Shown: positions 44,991 to 57,800, counted from the first letter of the stretch. The stretch is 64,000 nt of DNA from an uncultured Bacteroidota bacterium (GCA_963793485.1 CAWCAB010000002.1:332787-396786); one strand, 5' to 3'. Notes: generated by a model from the sequence alone, not told the origin. Program-made: numbers and translations.

Positions 44991-47900
44991 ATGTTAAGAA
45001 ATTTACTTCTAACTATTGGTATTGTACTGGCTGCCAGCTTGGTGGTATTCCCCCAATCGTCCGGTACGCTGCAGGGAAAGGTGATTGACAAGGACACCAA
45101 GGAAGAACTTCCCTTTGTTAATATCGTACTCGAGGTTGGTGGATCCCAGGTCTTTGGGGCATCCTCTGACATCGACGGGAAATATTCTATCAAACCAATC
45201 CCTCCTGGAAAATACGATGTCAGGGCTACATCCGTTGGTTACCATCCCCTTCTTATCCGGGGAATCCAGATCAACTCCAACCAGACACGCTTTTTTGATT
45301 TAGAAATGGGATCATCAGCGATCGGACTTGAAGAGGTAGTCATTGTCGACTATATAGTCCCGTTGATCGATAAAGATAAAACCGTTAGTGGCGGTACCAT
45401 GACATCGGATGAGATCAAGAAGATGCCTAACAGGTCCGTAGGTGCTATTGCCGCCACCATTGGTGGTGTATTCTCCAGAGATGGTGAAGCAGGCAACGTT
45501 CGTGGTGCCCGTGGTGATGCCACCAGGTATTATATCGACGGCATGCCCGTAATCGGGTCTCTATCTCTTCCACAATCAGCTATTGCACAGCAGTCGGTGA
45601 TCCTCGGTGGTCTGCCGGCCCAGTATGGTGATGCTACCGGTGGTGTGATCGAGGTAACCACAAGGGGCCCGTCAAGGATTTTTGGAGCCGGTGTCGAGGT
45701 CGAAACTTCTGAGTTTCTTGATCCTTTCGGATATAACCGTGTGGGATTGAACCTCAACGGACCTATTTTCAGAAGAAAAACAGATGTACCTGGTAAAAAA
45801 GGCGAATCACTACTTGGTTACTTTATCGGTGGGGATTTTACTTATCGTCAGGATGGTGCACCTATGTCAGGTGATATGTACCGTGGGACAGATGATTATA
45901 TCTCATACCTGCAACAGGATCCGCTTCGCGTATCCGGCCTTGAATCAGGTGGTACATTCCTGAACGGAGAATATACCACTATGGATGACCTTGAAAAGAT
46001 TAAAACCACATCCAACACTTCAAGGTATAATATCAACCTTACAGGTAAGATAGACGTGCGCACCGGACCTACAATCAACCTTACCTTTGGTGGTTCATAT
46101 AACTATGGCCGGGGAAATAACTTCGATTACGGAAGTTCATTGTTCAACTACGACAAAAACTCCCTGTATTACACCCAAACCTGGAGGGTGTTTGGCCGCT
46201 TCACACAACGATTCCAGAACGACCCACAAAAAAACTCAAAGGTTAAAAACGTATATTATTCAATACAAGCTGATTATCAAAGTTTTAGCGGATCAACGCA
46301 TGATCCTGACCATAAGGAAGACGTTTTTAAATATGGCTACCTGGGTTCTTTTACATCCCATCTGGCCCAAAACTATACCCTTACTTCCGACACCATCGGT
46401 GGTGAATATTACCAGGATGTATATGTAATGGATAACTATTTTGATACTCTGTTCACTTTTGCTCCCGGTAACCTAAACCCATATGTAACCCAGCATACAC
46501 AGACTTATTATGATCTGTATCCGAATCCTAACGGAAACTGGAGAAATGCTGACCAGGTACAATTAGGTGGCGGTCTTATCAATGGACAGGGACCTCCTAA
46601 CGTTTATGGTATGTTTGCACTCCCGGGTGCTAACCAGTCAGGATATTCAGAATACAACAATTCACAGATTGCTGTGAATGCTACCGGATCTATGGACATC
46701 GGCAACCATGAGTTGAAGTTCGGGATACAATATGAACAAAGGAAGGATGCAGGCTATGCTGTTGGCCCCACAGGACTTTGGACACTGATGGGTGGATTAA
46801 CAAACTTCCATATTCAGGAACTTGATGTTGACAACCCTGACTTTATTTACATTGATGGCGTTTTCCAGGATACCGTTGAGTATCACAGGAAATATGATGA
46901 AGCTTCCCAGCGCGTATTCGATGCGAATCTGAGGAAGAAACTCGGTCTGTCAGTTTCAGGTACAGATTATATAAACATCCAGTCATATGACTATAATACC
47001 AACAGCATACAGTATTTCGATGAAAACAATGTTTCTCATACTGTCTCCACTGGTGAAGAGTTGTTCGATCTTGGTATGTTCAGCCCTGATGAATTGCTGA
47101 ACGACGGTAACTGGTATGTAACTGCTATTGGTTATGATTACACAGGAAACAAACTAAAGAGCAAACCTACTTTCGCTGATTTTTACAATCAGACCGATGA
47201 TGAAGGCATCTATACCCGTGAGGTTGGTGCATTTGAACCCATCTATATGGCAGGATTCATCCAGGATAAGTTTGCTTTCAAGGATCTGATCTTCAACCTT
47301 GGTGTTCGTGTTGACCGTTTCGATGCGAACCAGATGGTTCTAAATGATCCCTTTCTCCTCTACCCGGCTAAAACTGCATCTGAGGTGAATAGTGTAGGCG
47401 GACAGGCTGTCACACATCCCGGAACCATTGGATCTGATTATATTGTTTATGTTGACAATACTGACAATCCTACAGCAATTACCGGTTATCGTGATGAGAG
47501 CACATGGTATAACGCGGAAGGTACTGAGATTCAAGATCCGAATGTCTTGAACGTAGGATCAGGAGTTTCTCCTTATCTTCAAGACCCAAGCCTCACCAGG
47601 CCTCCGCTGGAATCATTTACTGATTATGATCCACAGATCAATGTGATGCCCAGGATTTCATTCTCATTCCCAATCTCTGATGTGGCCCTGTTCTTTGCTC
47701 ACTATGACGTGCTCACACAACGTCCGACATCGAACCTGCGTTCCGATCCAAGGGTTTATTACTATTTTGACAATATTGGTGGAACCATTAATAACCCGAG
47801 TCTGGACCCATCCAAAACCATTGACTATGAGCTTGGTTTCCAGCAGAAGCTGTCACCAACTTCATCACTGAAGCTGGTTGCCTTCTACAGGGAGATGAGG

Positions 47901-48704
47901 GATATGATTCAGATATACCGTTTCACAGGTGCTTATCCTAAAGATTATACATCTTATAATAATATTGACTTTGGTACTGTTAAAGGTTTTACTCTCCAGT
48001 ATGACCTGAGAAGGACCAACAATGCCAGGGTAAGTGCATATTACACACTACAATTTGCAAATGGTACTGGTTCAAGTACAGTAACTGCTGCCTCACTTGT
48101 AGCTGCCGGACTGCCAAACCTGAGAACTACCTTCCCACTCGCATGGGACCGTCGTCACAGTTTTAATGTCTTCTTCGACTACAGGTTTGGAAAAGGAACC
48201 GAATATAACGGACCAAACATCAAACGTGAAAAGAAAGGCAAAGCGCCGCTTCAGCTGCTTAATAATACCGGTATTTCAATGACACTGACCGGTGGTTCAG
48301 GTACGCCTTATACACGCTCACGTAACATTTACAGCCAGTTAAGTGGTGGAACCAGACTTCTGCAGGGTACCTATTTTGGATCACGCCTCCCATGGCAGTT
48401 CCGCATGGATATCCGTATTGACAAGGACATTGCACTTAAAATGGGTAAAGGTGAAAGACCAGGGAACCTGAACGTTTACTTTTCCATTAATAATGTCTTG
48501 AATACGAAGAATGTGATGAATGTTTATCCTGCCACTGGTAACCCTGATGATGATGGATACCTGGCCGCTCCTGAATGGCAACGTGAGATCAACGAGCAAC
48601 TTGATCCTCAATCATTCCGCGACTTGTATGCTATCTTCATAAACCGTCCATGGTATTACAGCAGCCCCAGGACGATTCGCTTTGGATTAATCTTTAACTT
48701 TTAA
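44991..48704 (+). CDS. Giant outer-membrane barrel: CarbopepD_reg-like N-terminal domain + TonB-dependent-receptor plug/barrel-like protein (1,237 aa)
   Basis: Signal peptide. GTLQGKVIDKDTKEELPFVNIVL...GKYSIKPIPPGKYDVRATSVGY (carboxypeptidase-regulatory-like fold). Plug-like ...NVRGARGDATRYYIDGMPV.... Long beta-rich body ending ...IRFGLIFNF (aromatic OMP terminus). Confidence 0.78.
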   Translation: MLRNLLLTIGIVLAASLVVFPQSSGTLQGKVIDKDTKEELPFVNIVLEVGGSQVFGASSDIDGKYSIKPIPPGKYDVRATSVGYHPLLIRGIQINSNQTRFFDLEMGSSAIGLEEVVIVDYIVPLIDKDKTVSGGTMTSDEIKKMPNRSVGAIAATIGGVFSRDGEAGNVRGARGDATRYYIDGMPVIGSLSLPQSAIAQQSVILGGLPAQYGDATGGVIEVTTRGPSRIFGAGVEVETSEFLDPFGYNRVGLNLNGPIFRRKTDVPGKKGESLLGYFIGGDFTYRQDGAPMSGDMYRGTDDYISYLQQDPLRVSGLESGGTFLNGEYTTMDDLEKIKTTSNTSRYNINLTGKIDVRTGPTINLTFGGSYNYGRGNNFDYGSSLFNYDKNSLYYTQTWRVFGRFTQRFQNDPQKNSKVKNVYYSIQADYQSFSGSTHDPDHKEDVFKYGYLGSFTSHLAQNYTLTSDTIGGEYYQDVYVMDNYFDTLFTFAPGNLNPYVTQHTQTYYDLYPNPNGNWRNADQVQLGGGLINGQGPPNVYGMFALPGANQSGYSEYNNSQIAVNATGSMDIGNHELKFGIQYEQRKDAGYAVGPTGLWTLMGGLTNFHIQELDVDNPDFIYIDGVFQDTVEYHRKYDEASQRVFDANLRKKLGLSVSGTDYINIQSYDYNTNSIQYFDENNVSHTVSTGEELFDLGMFSPDELLNDGNWYVTAIGYDYTGNKLKSKPTFADFYNQTDDEGIYTREVGAFEPIYMAGFIQDKFAFKDLIFNLGVRVDRFDANQMVLNDPFLLYPAKTASEVNSVGGQAVTHPGTIGSDYIVYVDNTDNPTAITGYRDESTWYNAEGTEIQDPNVLNVGSGVSPYLQDPSLTRPPLESFTDYDPQINVMPRISFSFPISDVALFFAHYDVLTQRPTSNLRSDPRVYYYFDNIGGTINNPSLDPSKTIDYELGFQQKLSPTSSLKLVAFYREMRDMIQIYRFTGAYPKDYTSYNNIDFGTVKGFTLQYDLRRTNNARVSAYYTLQFANGTGSSTVTAASLVAAGLPNLRTTFPLAWDRRHSFNVFFDYRFGKGTEYNGPNIKREKKGKAPLQLLNNTGISMTLTGGSGTPYTRSRNIYSQLSGGTRLLQGTYFGSRLPWQFRMDIRIDKDIALKMGKGERPGNLNVYFSINNVLNTKNVMNVYPATGNPDDDGYLAAPEWQREINEQLDPQSFRDLYAIFINRPWYYSSPRTIRFGLIFNF

Positions 48705-48722
48705 TCCCCGGAAGCAATCAGG

Positions 48723-51700
48723 ATGAACGCCTACATTATGAAAACAAAAAATAATACAGCAATCATGAAAAATATATTTCGCCATTTATTTATTGCATTA
48801 CTCTGCTTAGCGCTGGTTCAGGGCGCATATGCCGAGGAATATCAGGGAGATGGATCAACAGGCCAGAAGACCATTAAAGAGAGTGCTGCTGGTTGTGCTG
48901 CAGCATCTGGCTTTCGCTACCTTGATGTAAACAATGTACGCGCGAGGATCAACACTGGTGGTGACATGTGGTGGGATCTTCCCGGTGGTATCGGAGCCCA
49001 GTATTTTATTCCAAAAGCAGGGACCGCGACCTCACTGTTCTCCGGGTCTTTATGGATCGGTGGACTTGATATCAATAACCAGCTGAAACTTGCCGCCGTG
49101 CGTTATCGCCAGGTAGGTAATGACTACTGGCCGGGACCATTGACCATTGATGGAACAGCTTCTGTTGATGAATCTACCTGTGCCAAATACGATAAGCATT
49201 TCCTGGTTACGCGCGCTCAGGTTGATGAATTCCTGGGATGGTGGAACAGCGAAGACAGGGCAACTGAATACCCTGATTACGCTATTCCGCAAGCGATCCT
49301 TGATTATCCTGCACACGGTGATGTTGCAAAAAACCAGAGTTATTACCTGGCTCCTTTCCGTGATGTTGATGGTGATGGCGATTATAACCCTAACCAGGGT
49401 GACTATCCTTATTATGATATTACCAACGAACTTTGCCCCCTGAATTATGCCGGGGATCCAAACTATGTTCCTCAGGAAACAATGGAGGAAGAGTTAATGG
49501 GTACAGTAAAGGGTAGTATTCTTGTTGACCAGGTGCTGAAAGGCGACCAGACCCTGTGGTGGATCTTTAATGATAAAGGAAATTATCACTCAGAAACACC
49601 GGTGCGTCCATCGGATTTGAAATCCGTGCCCAGGCTTTCGGATTCGCAACAAACGATGAGATCAACAACATGACCTTTTACACATATGAAATCATTAACC
49701 GTTCTACCTTTACGCTAACCAATACTTTTTTCAGCCCATGGGTTGACACCGACCTTGGTTATGCATGGGATGATTATGTAGGTTGTGATGTTGGCAGGGG
49801 ACTTGGTTACTGTTACAATGGTACTTCAGTTGATGGTTCAGGCGAAGTTGAAGCCTATGGCGACCAACCGCCGGCTATTGGTGTTGACTTTTTCCAGGGA
49901 CCTTATATTGACCCTGATTTACGTGACAACCCTAAATTTACAGGCGACTGTTCTCTCATCAATTCACCATACCCATGGGATCAGATGGCAATCAATGGTG
50001 TGAACTTCGGAAACGTTATCGTGGATGATGAACGTTTTGGTATGCGCCGTTTTGTATACCACAATAACTCAGGAGGCCCGCAGGGTGACCCGGGTATCGC
50101 TCCCGAATATTATAATTACCTCCGTGGATTCTGGAAAGACAATACCAGGATGCTTTATGGTGGTAATGCCCACTTCAACTCAGGTGCCGTAGGCCCTGAG
50201 TGTGACTTCATGTTCCCGGGTGATTCCGACCCATGTAACTGGGGTACAAGAGGTGCTCCACCAAATGGTGGTTATAACCAAAATGGCCTTTACTGGACAG
50301 AAGAAACAGCCGACAACAATCCTTATGACAGGCGATTCATGCAGTCTGCAGGACCATTTACCCTCGAACCTGGGGCAGTCAACTATATCACAGTTGGTAT
50401 CCCCTGGGCACGTGCTACCTCAGGTGGCCCATGGGCTTCTGTTGAACTGCTGCGCGTTGTAGATGACAAATGCCAGAAACTTTTCGACAACTGTTTTAAA
50501 GTACTTGACGGACCTGATGCTCCGGACCTCAGCATTGTTGAAATGGATAAAGAACTTATTTTCTACATCTCTAATTCAAAGACATCCAACAACTACCGGG
50601 AAAAGTATGATGAATATGACAATACCATTACTCAACCATTACCCGGTGGTGAAGATGGTGAACGTTCCGATTCAACCTATGTTTTTGAAGGTTACCAGAT
50701 TTATCAGCTGGCTAATGCCTCTGTTACCCTGGAAAGTAAAGACAATGCAGACCTTGTAAGGCTCGTGGCTCAGTATGATGTCAAGAACGGTGTGGGAATG
50801 CTTGTTAATTACTACTATGATAAAGCAATTGGTGGTAACGTACCTGTTGTTGAAGTTGAAGGTGGCGACAATGGTGTTGTTCACTCATTCAAAGTGACTG
50901 AAGATCAGTTTGGAACTTCCAATCGTCAGCTTACCAACTTCAAACAATATTATTTTACTGTCGTTGCGTATGCCTACAATGAATACATGCCTTACAGCCA
51001 GGAACCTGGTATTTTGAATGGCCTTCTCGGACAAATGAAACCTTACCTGGCCGGCCGTAGGAACATCAAGACTTACAGTGCTATTCCTCATCCTACAGTA
51101 AACGGAACTGTGATTAACTCCGAATATGGTGAAGGACCACAGGTGACCAGGATAAAAGGTAACGGTAATGGTGGAATGCTGATCGAACTCACAAATGAAA
51201 CAGTTGAGGAGATTCTCAGCAAGCCCCCGGCTGATTCAGTCAATAAGATGGGCGGTCCTGATTACCCGATCGCCTATAACGCCACATATGAGTATGGTCG
51301 CGGGCCATTGAATGTGAAAGTAATAGATCCTCTGAATGTTATCAATGCAGAGTATTTGCTCGAGTTTACAAATGTTAGCTATATTGATGACAACGACTCG
51401 ATCAATATCGATACAGCATCCTGGATACTTACAAATACTTTAACTGGAAAAGTTTATACAGCCGACAAAGGCACACAGCATAATTATGAACAATTATTCC
51501 TCGACCTGGGACTTTCAGTACAGATTGAACAACCAGCAAATCCCGGTGACAGCGCATCTTCAAATAACGGACTGATCACTTCCTACTCTGCTTATCAAGA
51601 CAGTTCACAAAGATGGATGGGCGGTGTACAGGATATTGATCTTCCGGGAAGTTCTGCTGACTGGATCCGTTCAGGAACATATCAAGATCAGGATGATCCA

Positions 51701-52960
51701 GCCAATCTCAATGATTGGGATGTACCGGATCGTGCATATGACCCTGATGCTGTTTATGAAAAGATAGAATCAGGAACATGGGCTCCTTACATGATGACAG
51801 CCTTTAATGCTCAAAATGACGCAGGGCCGGCATTCGATCGTGTTTCCAAAGAAGCTTATCCAATGGCGGATCTTTCCAGCGTGGATATCGTATTTACATC
51901 TGACAAATCGAAATGGACACGTTCAGTAGTTATTGAAATGTGTGCTGACAATGTCCTTTCTGAAGGCGGCATTGATCGTTTTAACATCAGGGCAGGGCAG
52001 TCTGTTGATAAAGATGGCAACCCTGCACCTGTTGGCAGTGGGGTCAGCAGTGATCCTAATGATCCAAACTATATCGGAGAAACAGGAATGGGGTGGTTCC
52101 CGGGTTATGCCATTAACCTTGAAACAGGTGAACGACTGAATATTATGTTCGGTGAAAACTCATACCTGGTTGGGGAAAATGGTCGTGACATGATATTTAA
52201 TCCATCTTCCAATCAATATGATTTCTTAGGAACACCATTGTTTGGAGGTATGCACTATGTATATGTGATGAATCATACTACACGTAAGGTGCAAAACGAT
52301 GATAATATTTATGAATTCCCTGCTTATGACGCAGGCTTACACCTGAATACATTGTTTGACACACTCACTTCAAACATCCTTTGGTTAGTGAGATATCAGC
52401 CAATGATCTTTTCTACACCTATGTGGGTTGGTATGCCATTATCCGTTGACGATGAAGAATGGTTACCTGAAGGCAACGACTGGAAGTTGAGTATCAGGAT
52501 GGCTAAACCTTATAAGAGGTATTTCTCACTACCGGCAGCTCCTGAGTGTGCCAGTGAGGATACAACAGATATGGACTGGCCAACATATACTTTCAAAACT
52601 GAAGGCGTAGCAACCACACAATACAGTGCTTCTAAGGCGGAAACAGATCTTGACCTAATTAATGTAGTGCCGAATCCGTATTATGCATACGATTCATATG
52701 AGAATAATGCACTTGATAACAGGATCAAGATCACAAACCTGCCAGAGCAGACCACTGTTACCATTTATAATATCAATGGTACACTTGTTCGCCAGCTAAC
52801 TAAAGACTCACAGGAGACCTATATTGACTGGGATCTCAAGAACTTTGCTGGAGTTCCGGTCGCCGGAGGTATTTACATCATACATGTTAAAACAAATGCA
52901 GGCGAAAAAGTGCTGAAATGGTTTGGTATCTTACGTCCACCTGATCTGAACACATTCTAA
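48723..52960 (+). CDS. Giant (~1,410 aa) secreted protein with T9SS-CTD-like C-terminus, paralogue 1; apparent 1-nt deletion near 49599-49600
   Basis: ORFs 48723..49673 and 49670..52960 align end to end with the single 1,392-aa ORF 54814..58992. Across the junction the alternative frame reads GASIGFEIRAQAFGFATNDEINNMTFYTYE versus GASIGFEIRAQAFGFSTNDEINNMTFYTYE in the paralogue. The start could be 48723, 48738 or 48765. Confidence 0.7.
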
Positions 52961-52963
52961 TGC

Positions 52964-54064
52964 ATGTTTGAGAAAATGAAATTAATAACACTAAATATAG
53001 TAAGTATGAAGAGTTTTTATAAATACTTAATTACACTCGTCATAGTCGGCATGTTGATCATACCGGAGAGCAGCTTGTATGCTGGGAACAAAGACCGTTC
53101 GGGACAGGCTGGAGCCACTGAGTTGTTAATAAATCCATGGGCCAGAAGTTCTGGATGGGGCAATGTCTCAACCGCCAATGTTAATGGGCTTGAATCAATG
53201 TTTATTAATGTTGCAGGACTTGCTTTTACAAACAAGACTCAACTGGTGTTTTCTCATACCACATACCTTAAGGGTTCCGACATTAATATGTTTGCGTTCG
53301 GCTTTTCTCAACGAATTGGCGATGCCGGGGTTATTGGTTTAAGCGTGGTATCGATGAACTTTGGTGAAATCGAGGTAACCACAACAGATTCCCCGGAAGG
53401 TGGCCGCGGTACCTTTAAACCAAACCTGATGAATATTGCCATAGCTTATTCAAAAGCCTTTTCAAACAGTATTTATGGGGGTATTACCGTCAAGATTATA
53501 TCCGAGACGATTGCCGATGCAAGCGCCCAGGGGATCGCCATTGATGCCGGTATCCAATATGTTACCGGTGAGATGGATCAGATCAAGTTTGGGATTGCCC
53601 TGAAGAATATAGGGCCAAGGATGAGCTTTTCCGGCGATGGACTGTTGCGTACAGTCTTCCTCCCTGAACAGGAAAATGCATACTCTATGAGTGTGCCATC
53701 TGAATCATTCGAACTCCCGACAGCATTAGATATTGGTGCTGCATATGACTTCTATATTGGTGACTGGAACAGGATAACCCTTGCTTTCAACTTCAGGTCA
53801 AACTCCTTCGGAAAAGACCAGTTCATTGGTGGTTTGGAATATGCACTGAAAACTTATCTCATGCTTCGCGTTGGATATACTTACGAGCAAGGTATCACTA
53901 ATAAGGCAGACAGGACAACTGTTTTCACGGGACCCAGCGCCGGTTTAACAGTGGCCATTCCTCTGAACAAGGAAAAAGGTTCTTCAATCGATATTGATTA
54001 CTCATACCGTGCAACCGATCCGTTCTCAGGAACACATAGTATCGGGGCACGAGTGGTATTCTAG
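52964..54064 (+). CDS. PorV/PorQ-like outer-membrane beta-barrel protein
   Basis: Signal peptide, then GQAGATELLINPWARSSGWGNVSTANVNGLESMFINVAGLA, which resembles the conserved N-terminal motif of PorV-family barrels. Alternating beta-strand pattern and an aromatic C-terminal residue (...GARVVF). It starts 3 nt after the preceding gene. The family call is from memory. Confidence 0.6.
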   Translation: MFEKMKLITLNIVSMKSFYKYLITLVIVGMLIIPESSLYAGNKDRSGQAGATELLINPWARSSGWGNVSTANVNGLESMFINVAGLAFTNKTQLVFSHTTYLKGSDINMFAFGFSQRIGDAGVIGLSVVSMNFGEIEVTTTDSPEGGRGTFKPNLMNIAIAYSKAFSNSIYGGITVKIISETIADASAQGIAIDAGIQYVTGEMDQIKFGIALKNIGPRMSFSGDGLLRTVFLPEQENAYSMSVPSESFELPTALDIGAAYDFYIGDWNRITLAFNFRSNSFGKDQFIGGLEYALKTYLMLRVGYTYEQGITNKADRTTVFTGPSAGLTVAIPLNKEKGSSIDIDYSYRATDPFSGTHSIGARVVF

Positions 54065-54100
54065 GCCACTTTAATTCAGACTTTTAATTATTCAAATAAA

Positions 54101-54136
54101 TGAAAGACCCTGTTGCAGGGTCTTTCATTCTTTTTC
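54101..54136 (+). terminator. Rho-independent terminator
   Basis: TGAAAGACCCTG-ttg-CAGGGTCTTTCA is a perfect 12-bp stem followed by TTCTTTTTC. It lies 37 nt after the PorV-like stop. Confidence 0.75.
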
Positions 54137-54154
54137 AAAACAAAGACAAGTTCT

Positions 54155-54628
54155 ATGGATGAAGTAAAATATTATACAAAGGAGGGCTTTCAGAAACTGA
54201 AAGAAGAACTTGAACATCTTGAATCAGTACAACGCCCGGAAATATCCAGGCAGATAGCAGAAGCTCGCGACAAAGGTGATCTATCCGAAAACGCCGAATA
54301 CGATGCTGCAAAAAATGCCCAGGGTATGCTCGAGCTGCAAATAGCAAAACTGCAGGCCGAAATCCGCAATGCACGTATCATCGATGAATCAAAGATGGAT
54401 ACCTCGAAAGTACTCATCCTCTCAGTAGTAAAGATCAAAAACCTGAAGAACAATGCTGTAATGACATATACGCTTGTTCCGGAGAACGAGGCGGACCTCA
54501 AGTCCGGAAAGATCTCGGTGAGCTCACCCATCTCCAAAGGTCTTCTGGGGAAAAAAGTTGGAGATACTGCAGAAATCCAGGTGCCTGCCGGCAAAGTAAC
54601 CTTTGAGATTATTGAAATCTCAAGATAA
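54155..54628 (+). CDS. greA: Transcription elongation factor GreA
   Basis: MDEVKYYTKEGFQKLKEELEHLESVQRPEISRQIAEARDKGDLSENAEYDAAK... is the canonical GreA coiled-coil with the acidic tip, followed by a C-terminal FKBP-like domain. Confidence 0.9.
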   Translation: MDEVKYYTKEGFQKLKEELEHLESVQRPEISRQIAEARDKGDLSENAEYDAAKNAQGMLELQIAKLQAEIRNARIIDESKMDTSKVLILSVVKIKNLKNNAVMTYTLVPENEADLKSGKISVSSPISKGLLGKKVGDTAEIQVPAGKVTFEIIEISR

Positions 54629-54654
54629 GCCTTCCCGAATCCTTTCCTGCAAAA

Positions 54655-54689
54655 ACCGTTAACTGAACGGACATCGCCGTTTACTTTTC
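54655..54689 (+). promoter_or_regulatory. Candidate LytTR box: direct repeats ACCGTTAACTGAAC / GCCGTTTACTTTTC with 21-bp register
   Basis: Repeats start at 54655 and 54676. The first 12 nt are identical to 44306-44317. The box lies ~125 nt upstream of the paralogue-2 start (54814). Confidence 0.35.
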
Positions 54690-54813
54690 CATGCTTGAAA
54701 TCAAGCGTGGTAAGTTGTACTTTTTATCTCCAGAATACAAAATGAGGTAAAACCATATCGTTCTTTTCATCTTCTCATTTTGTGCATAGTGTGCCGAACC
54801 AAAACCACCTAAC

Positions 54814-57800
54814 ATGAAAAAACGCCTACCCTATGCACTCGTCATTACATTATTACTCGTCCCATCTTATAACTGCCTCGCTAAAAAATACCGTGGCAAT
54901 AAGCAATCTTCGCATACTACGGAGATAAAGCAGAATGCAGCTGGTTGCTCAGCAGCATCAGGCTTCCGCTATCTAACCGTTAACAATGTGCGGGCACGGA
55001 TAAATACCGGCGGGGATATGTGGTGGGATCTCACCAACTTTTCGCAATATTTTATCCCGGCCAACGGATCCGCAACATCACTCTACTCAGGATCACTGTG
55101 GATCGGTGGATTGGATGTCAACGACCAATTAAAGCTTGCAGCCCTGCGATTCAGAGGCAGCGGGAATGATTATTGGCCCGGCCCGCTCACCATCGATGGT
55201 ACGGCATCAGTTGATGAGGTAACATGTGCTGAATATGATAAGCACTTCCTGATCACAAGGGCTGAGATCGATGAGTACCTGGGATGGTGGAATAGCGAAG
55301 ACAGAGCAAGCCAGTATCCTGATTATTCTATCCCGCAGTCCATACAGGATTACCCTGCTCATGGAGATGTTGCTAAGAATCAGAGCTATTACCTCGCCCC
55401 TTTCCGCGATGTGAATGGTGATGGCGACTATGATCCAGGTTCAGGTGATTATCCATACTATGATATAACGAACGAGCTCTGCCCATTGAACTTTGCCGGT
55501 GACCCTAACTATGTGCCCCAGCGAACAATGGAAGAAATACAGGAAGGAACAGTGCATGGCAGCATCCTGGTCGACCAGGTGCTAAAGGGAGACCAGACCC
55601 TCTGGTGGATATTCAACGACAAGGGAAACTTCCACTCGGAAACACAGGGCGCTTCAATAGGATTTGAGATCAGGGCGCAGGCATTTGGCTTTTCTACCAA
55701 TGATGAGATCAACAATATGACATTTTACACCTATGAGATCATCAACAGGTCAACGTTCACCTTGCAAAATACCTTTTTCAGTCCCTGGGTGGATACTGAC
55801 CTGGGGTTTTCTGATGATGATTACGTGGGCTGTGACGTGGCCAGGGGTTTGGGATACTGTTACAACGGAACCTCTGTTGACGGAAGCTCACAACCCGAAG
55901 CTTATGGAGACCAACCGCCTGCCATCGGTGTTGACTTCTTCCAGGGCCCATATATCGACCCTGACGGAAGGGACAACCCTGAATTTACCGGTGATTGCTC
56001 CATCATTAACTCACCATTTCAATGGGATCAGATGGCTATTAATGGGGTGAATTTCGGAAACCAGATCGTCGATGACGAAAGATTCGGCATGAGGCGTTTT
56101 GTATATCATAATAATGATAACAGCCCACAGGGCGACCCGAGAATAGCCCCGGAATACTACAATTACCTTCGTGGGTTCTGGCGCGACAATACCCGTATGC
56201 TATATGGCGGAAATGCCCATTTTAACTCCGGGGCAGTGGGGCCTGAATGCGACTTTATGTTTCCCGGTGACTCTGATCCCTGTAATTGGGGTACACGGGG
56301 CATCCCTCCCAACGGGGGTTATAACCAGAATGGATTGTACTGGACCGAGGAAACTGCTGACAATAATCCCTTTGACAGGCGCTTTATGCAGTCGGCTGGG
56401 CCATTTACCCTTGAACCCGGTGCTGTCAATTATATTACTGTAGGTATTCCATGGGCCCGGGCCACCTCAGGTGGTCCCTGGGCTTCCGTGGAACTACTTC
56501 GGGTGGTTGATGACAAATGCCAGAAGCTTTTCGATAATTGCTTCAAGGTATTGGATGGGCCTGACGCACCCGACATGGCCATAGCTGAGTTCGACAAGGA
56601 GTTGATATTCTATATTAGCAACTCGCAAATATCAAACAACTATCTGGAAGAATATGCCGAGTATGATAATACCATTACACAACCTCATCCGGTCGACTCC
56701 ACACAAAGAAGTGATTCCTTATACCGCTTCGAAGGATACCAGGTCTATCAGCTATCCGATGCTACGGTAACCCTTGAAAGCAAAGATAACCCTGACCAGG
56801 TACGCCTGGTAGCTCAATTTGATATCAAGAACGGTGTAGGCATGCTGGTGAACTACTACTATAACAAGGACATACAAGCGAATGTGCCCATCGTAGAAGT
56901 TGAAGGAGGAGATAATGGTATCAGGCATTCTTTTGCAATCACTGAGGATGCTTTCGGAACTTCAAACCGACAGCTTACCAATTTCAAACAATACTATTAT
57001 ACCGTTGTAGCTTACTCTTATAATGAGTACATGCCCTATAGCCAGGAACCCGGCATATTGAATGGCCTGCTTGGTCAGAAAAAGCCCTACCTGGCGGGAA
57101 GAAGGAATATACGCACCTATACCGCAATACCACACCCAAGCGTAAACGGAACTGTGCTAAACTCCGTTTACGGCCTGGGTCCTCAGCTTAGCAGGCTTGA
57201 AGGCAACGGCAATGGGGGTATGATACTGGAACTTACAAGTGAAAGTATTGAAGAGATCCTGGGTAAGCCACCGGCAAATACGGTCCATGACCTTGGCAGC
57301 CCGGATTATCCCATAGCTTATGAAGCCACATACGAATACGGTTTGGGGCCCTTAAACGTGAAAGTGATAGATCCCCTGAATGTAACCAACGCAGATTACC
57401 GGCTTGAATTTACAGAAGTGGTATATTCAGATGAGGAAAACATCATTATAGACTCGGCACAATGGGTACTGACAAATATCACCACAGGGGATGTATATCA
57501 TTCCGACAAGGACATCAACTATAACAATGAGCAATTGTTCCTTGACCTGGGCCTGTCGGTTCAAATAAATCAGCCTCTCTATCCCGGCGATAGTCTTGCG
57601 GTGAACAATGGCTTGATCACTTCCTACACCTCATATCAAGACAGCTCACACAGGTGGGTAGGTGGTGTAGAAGATATTGACCTGCCGGGAAGTTCTGCTG
57701 ACTGGATCCGCTCCGGCACTTACCAGGATCAGGATGATCCGACCAATCTGAACGACTGGGATGTTCCGGATCAAACCTTTGACCCGGAATCTGTTTATGA

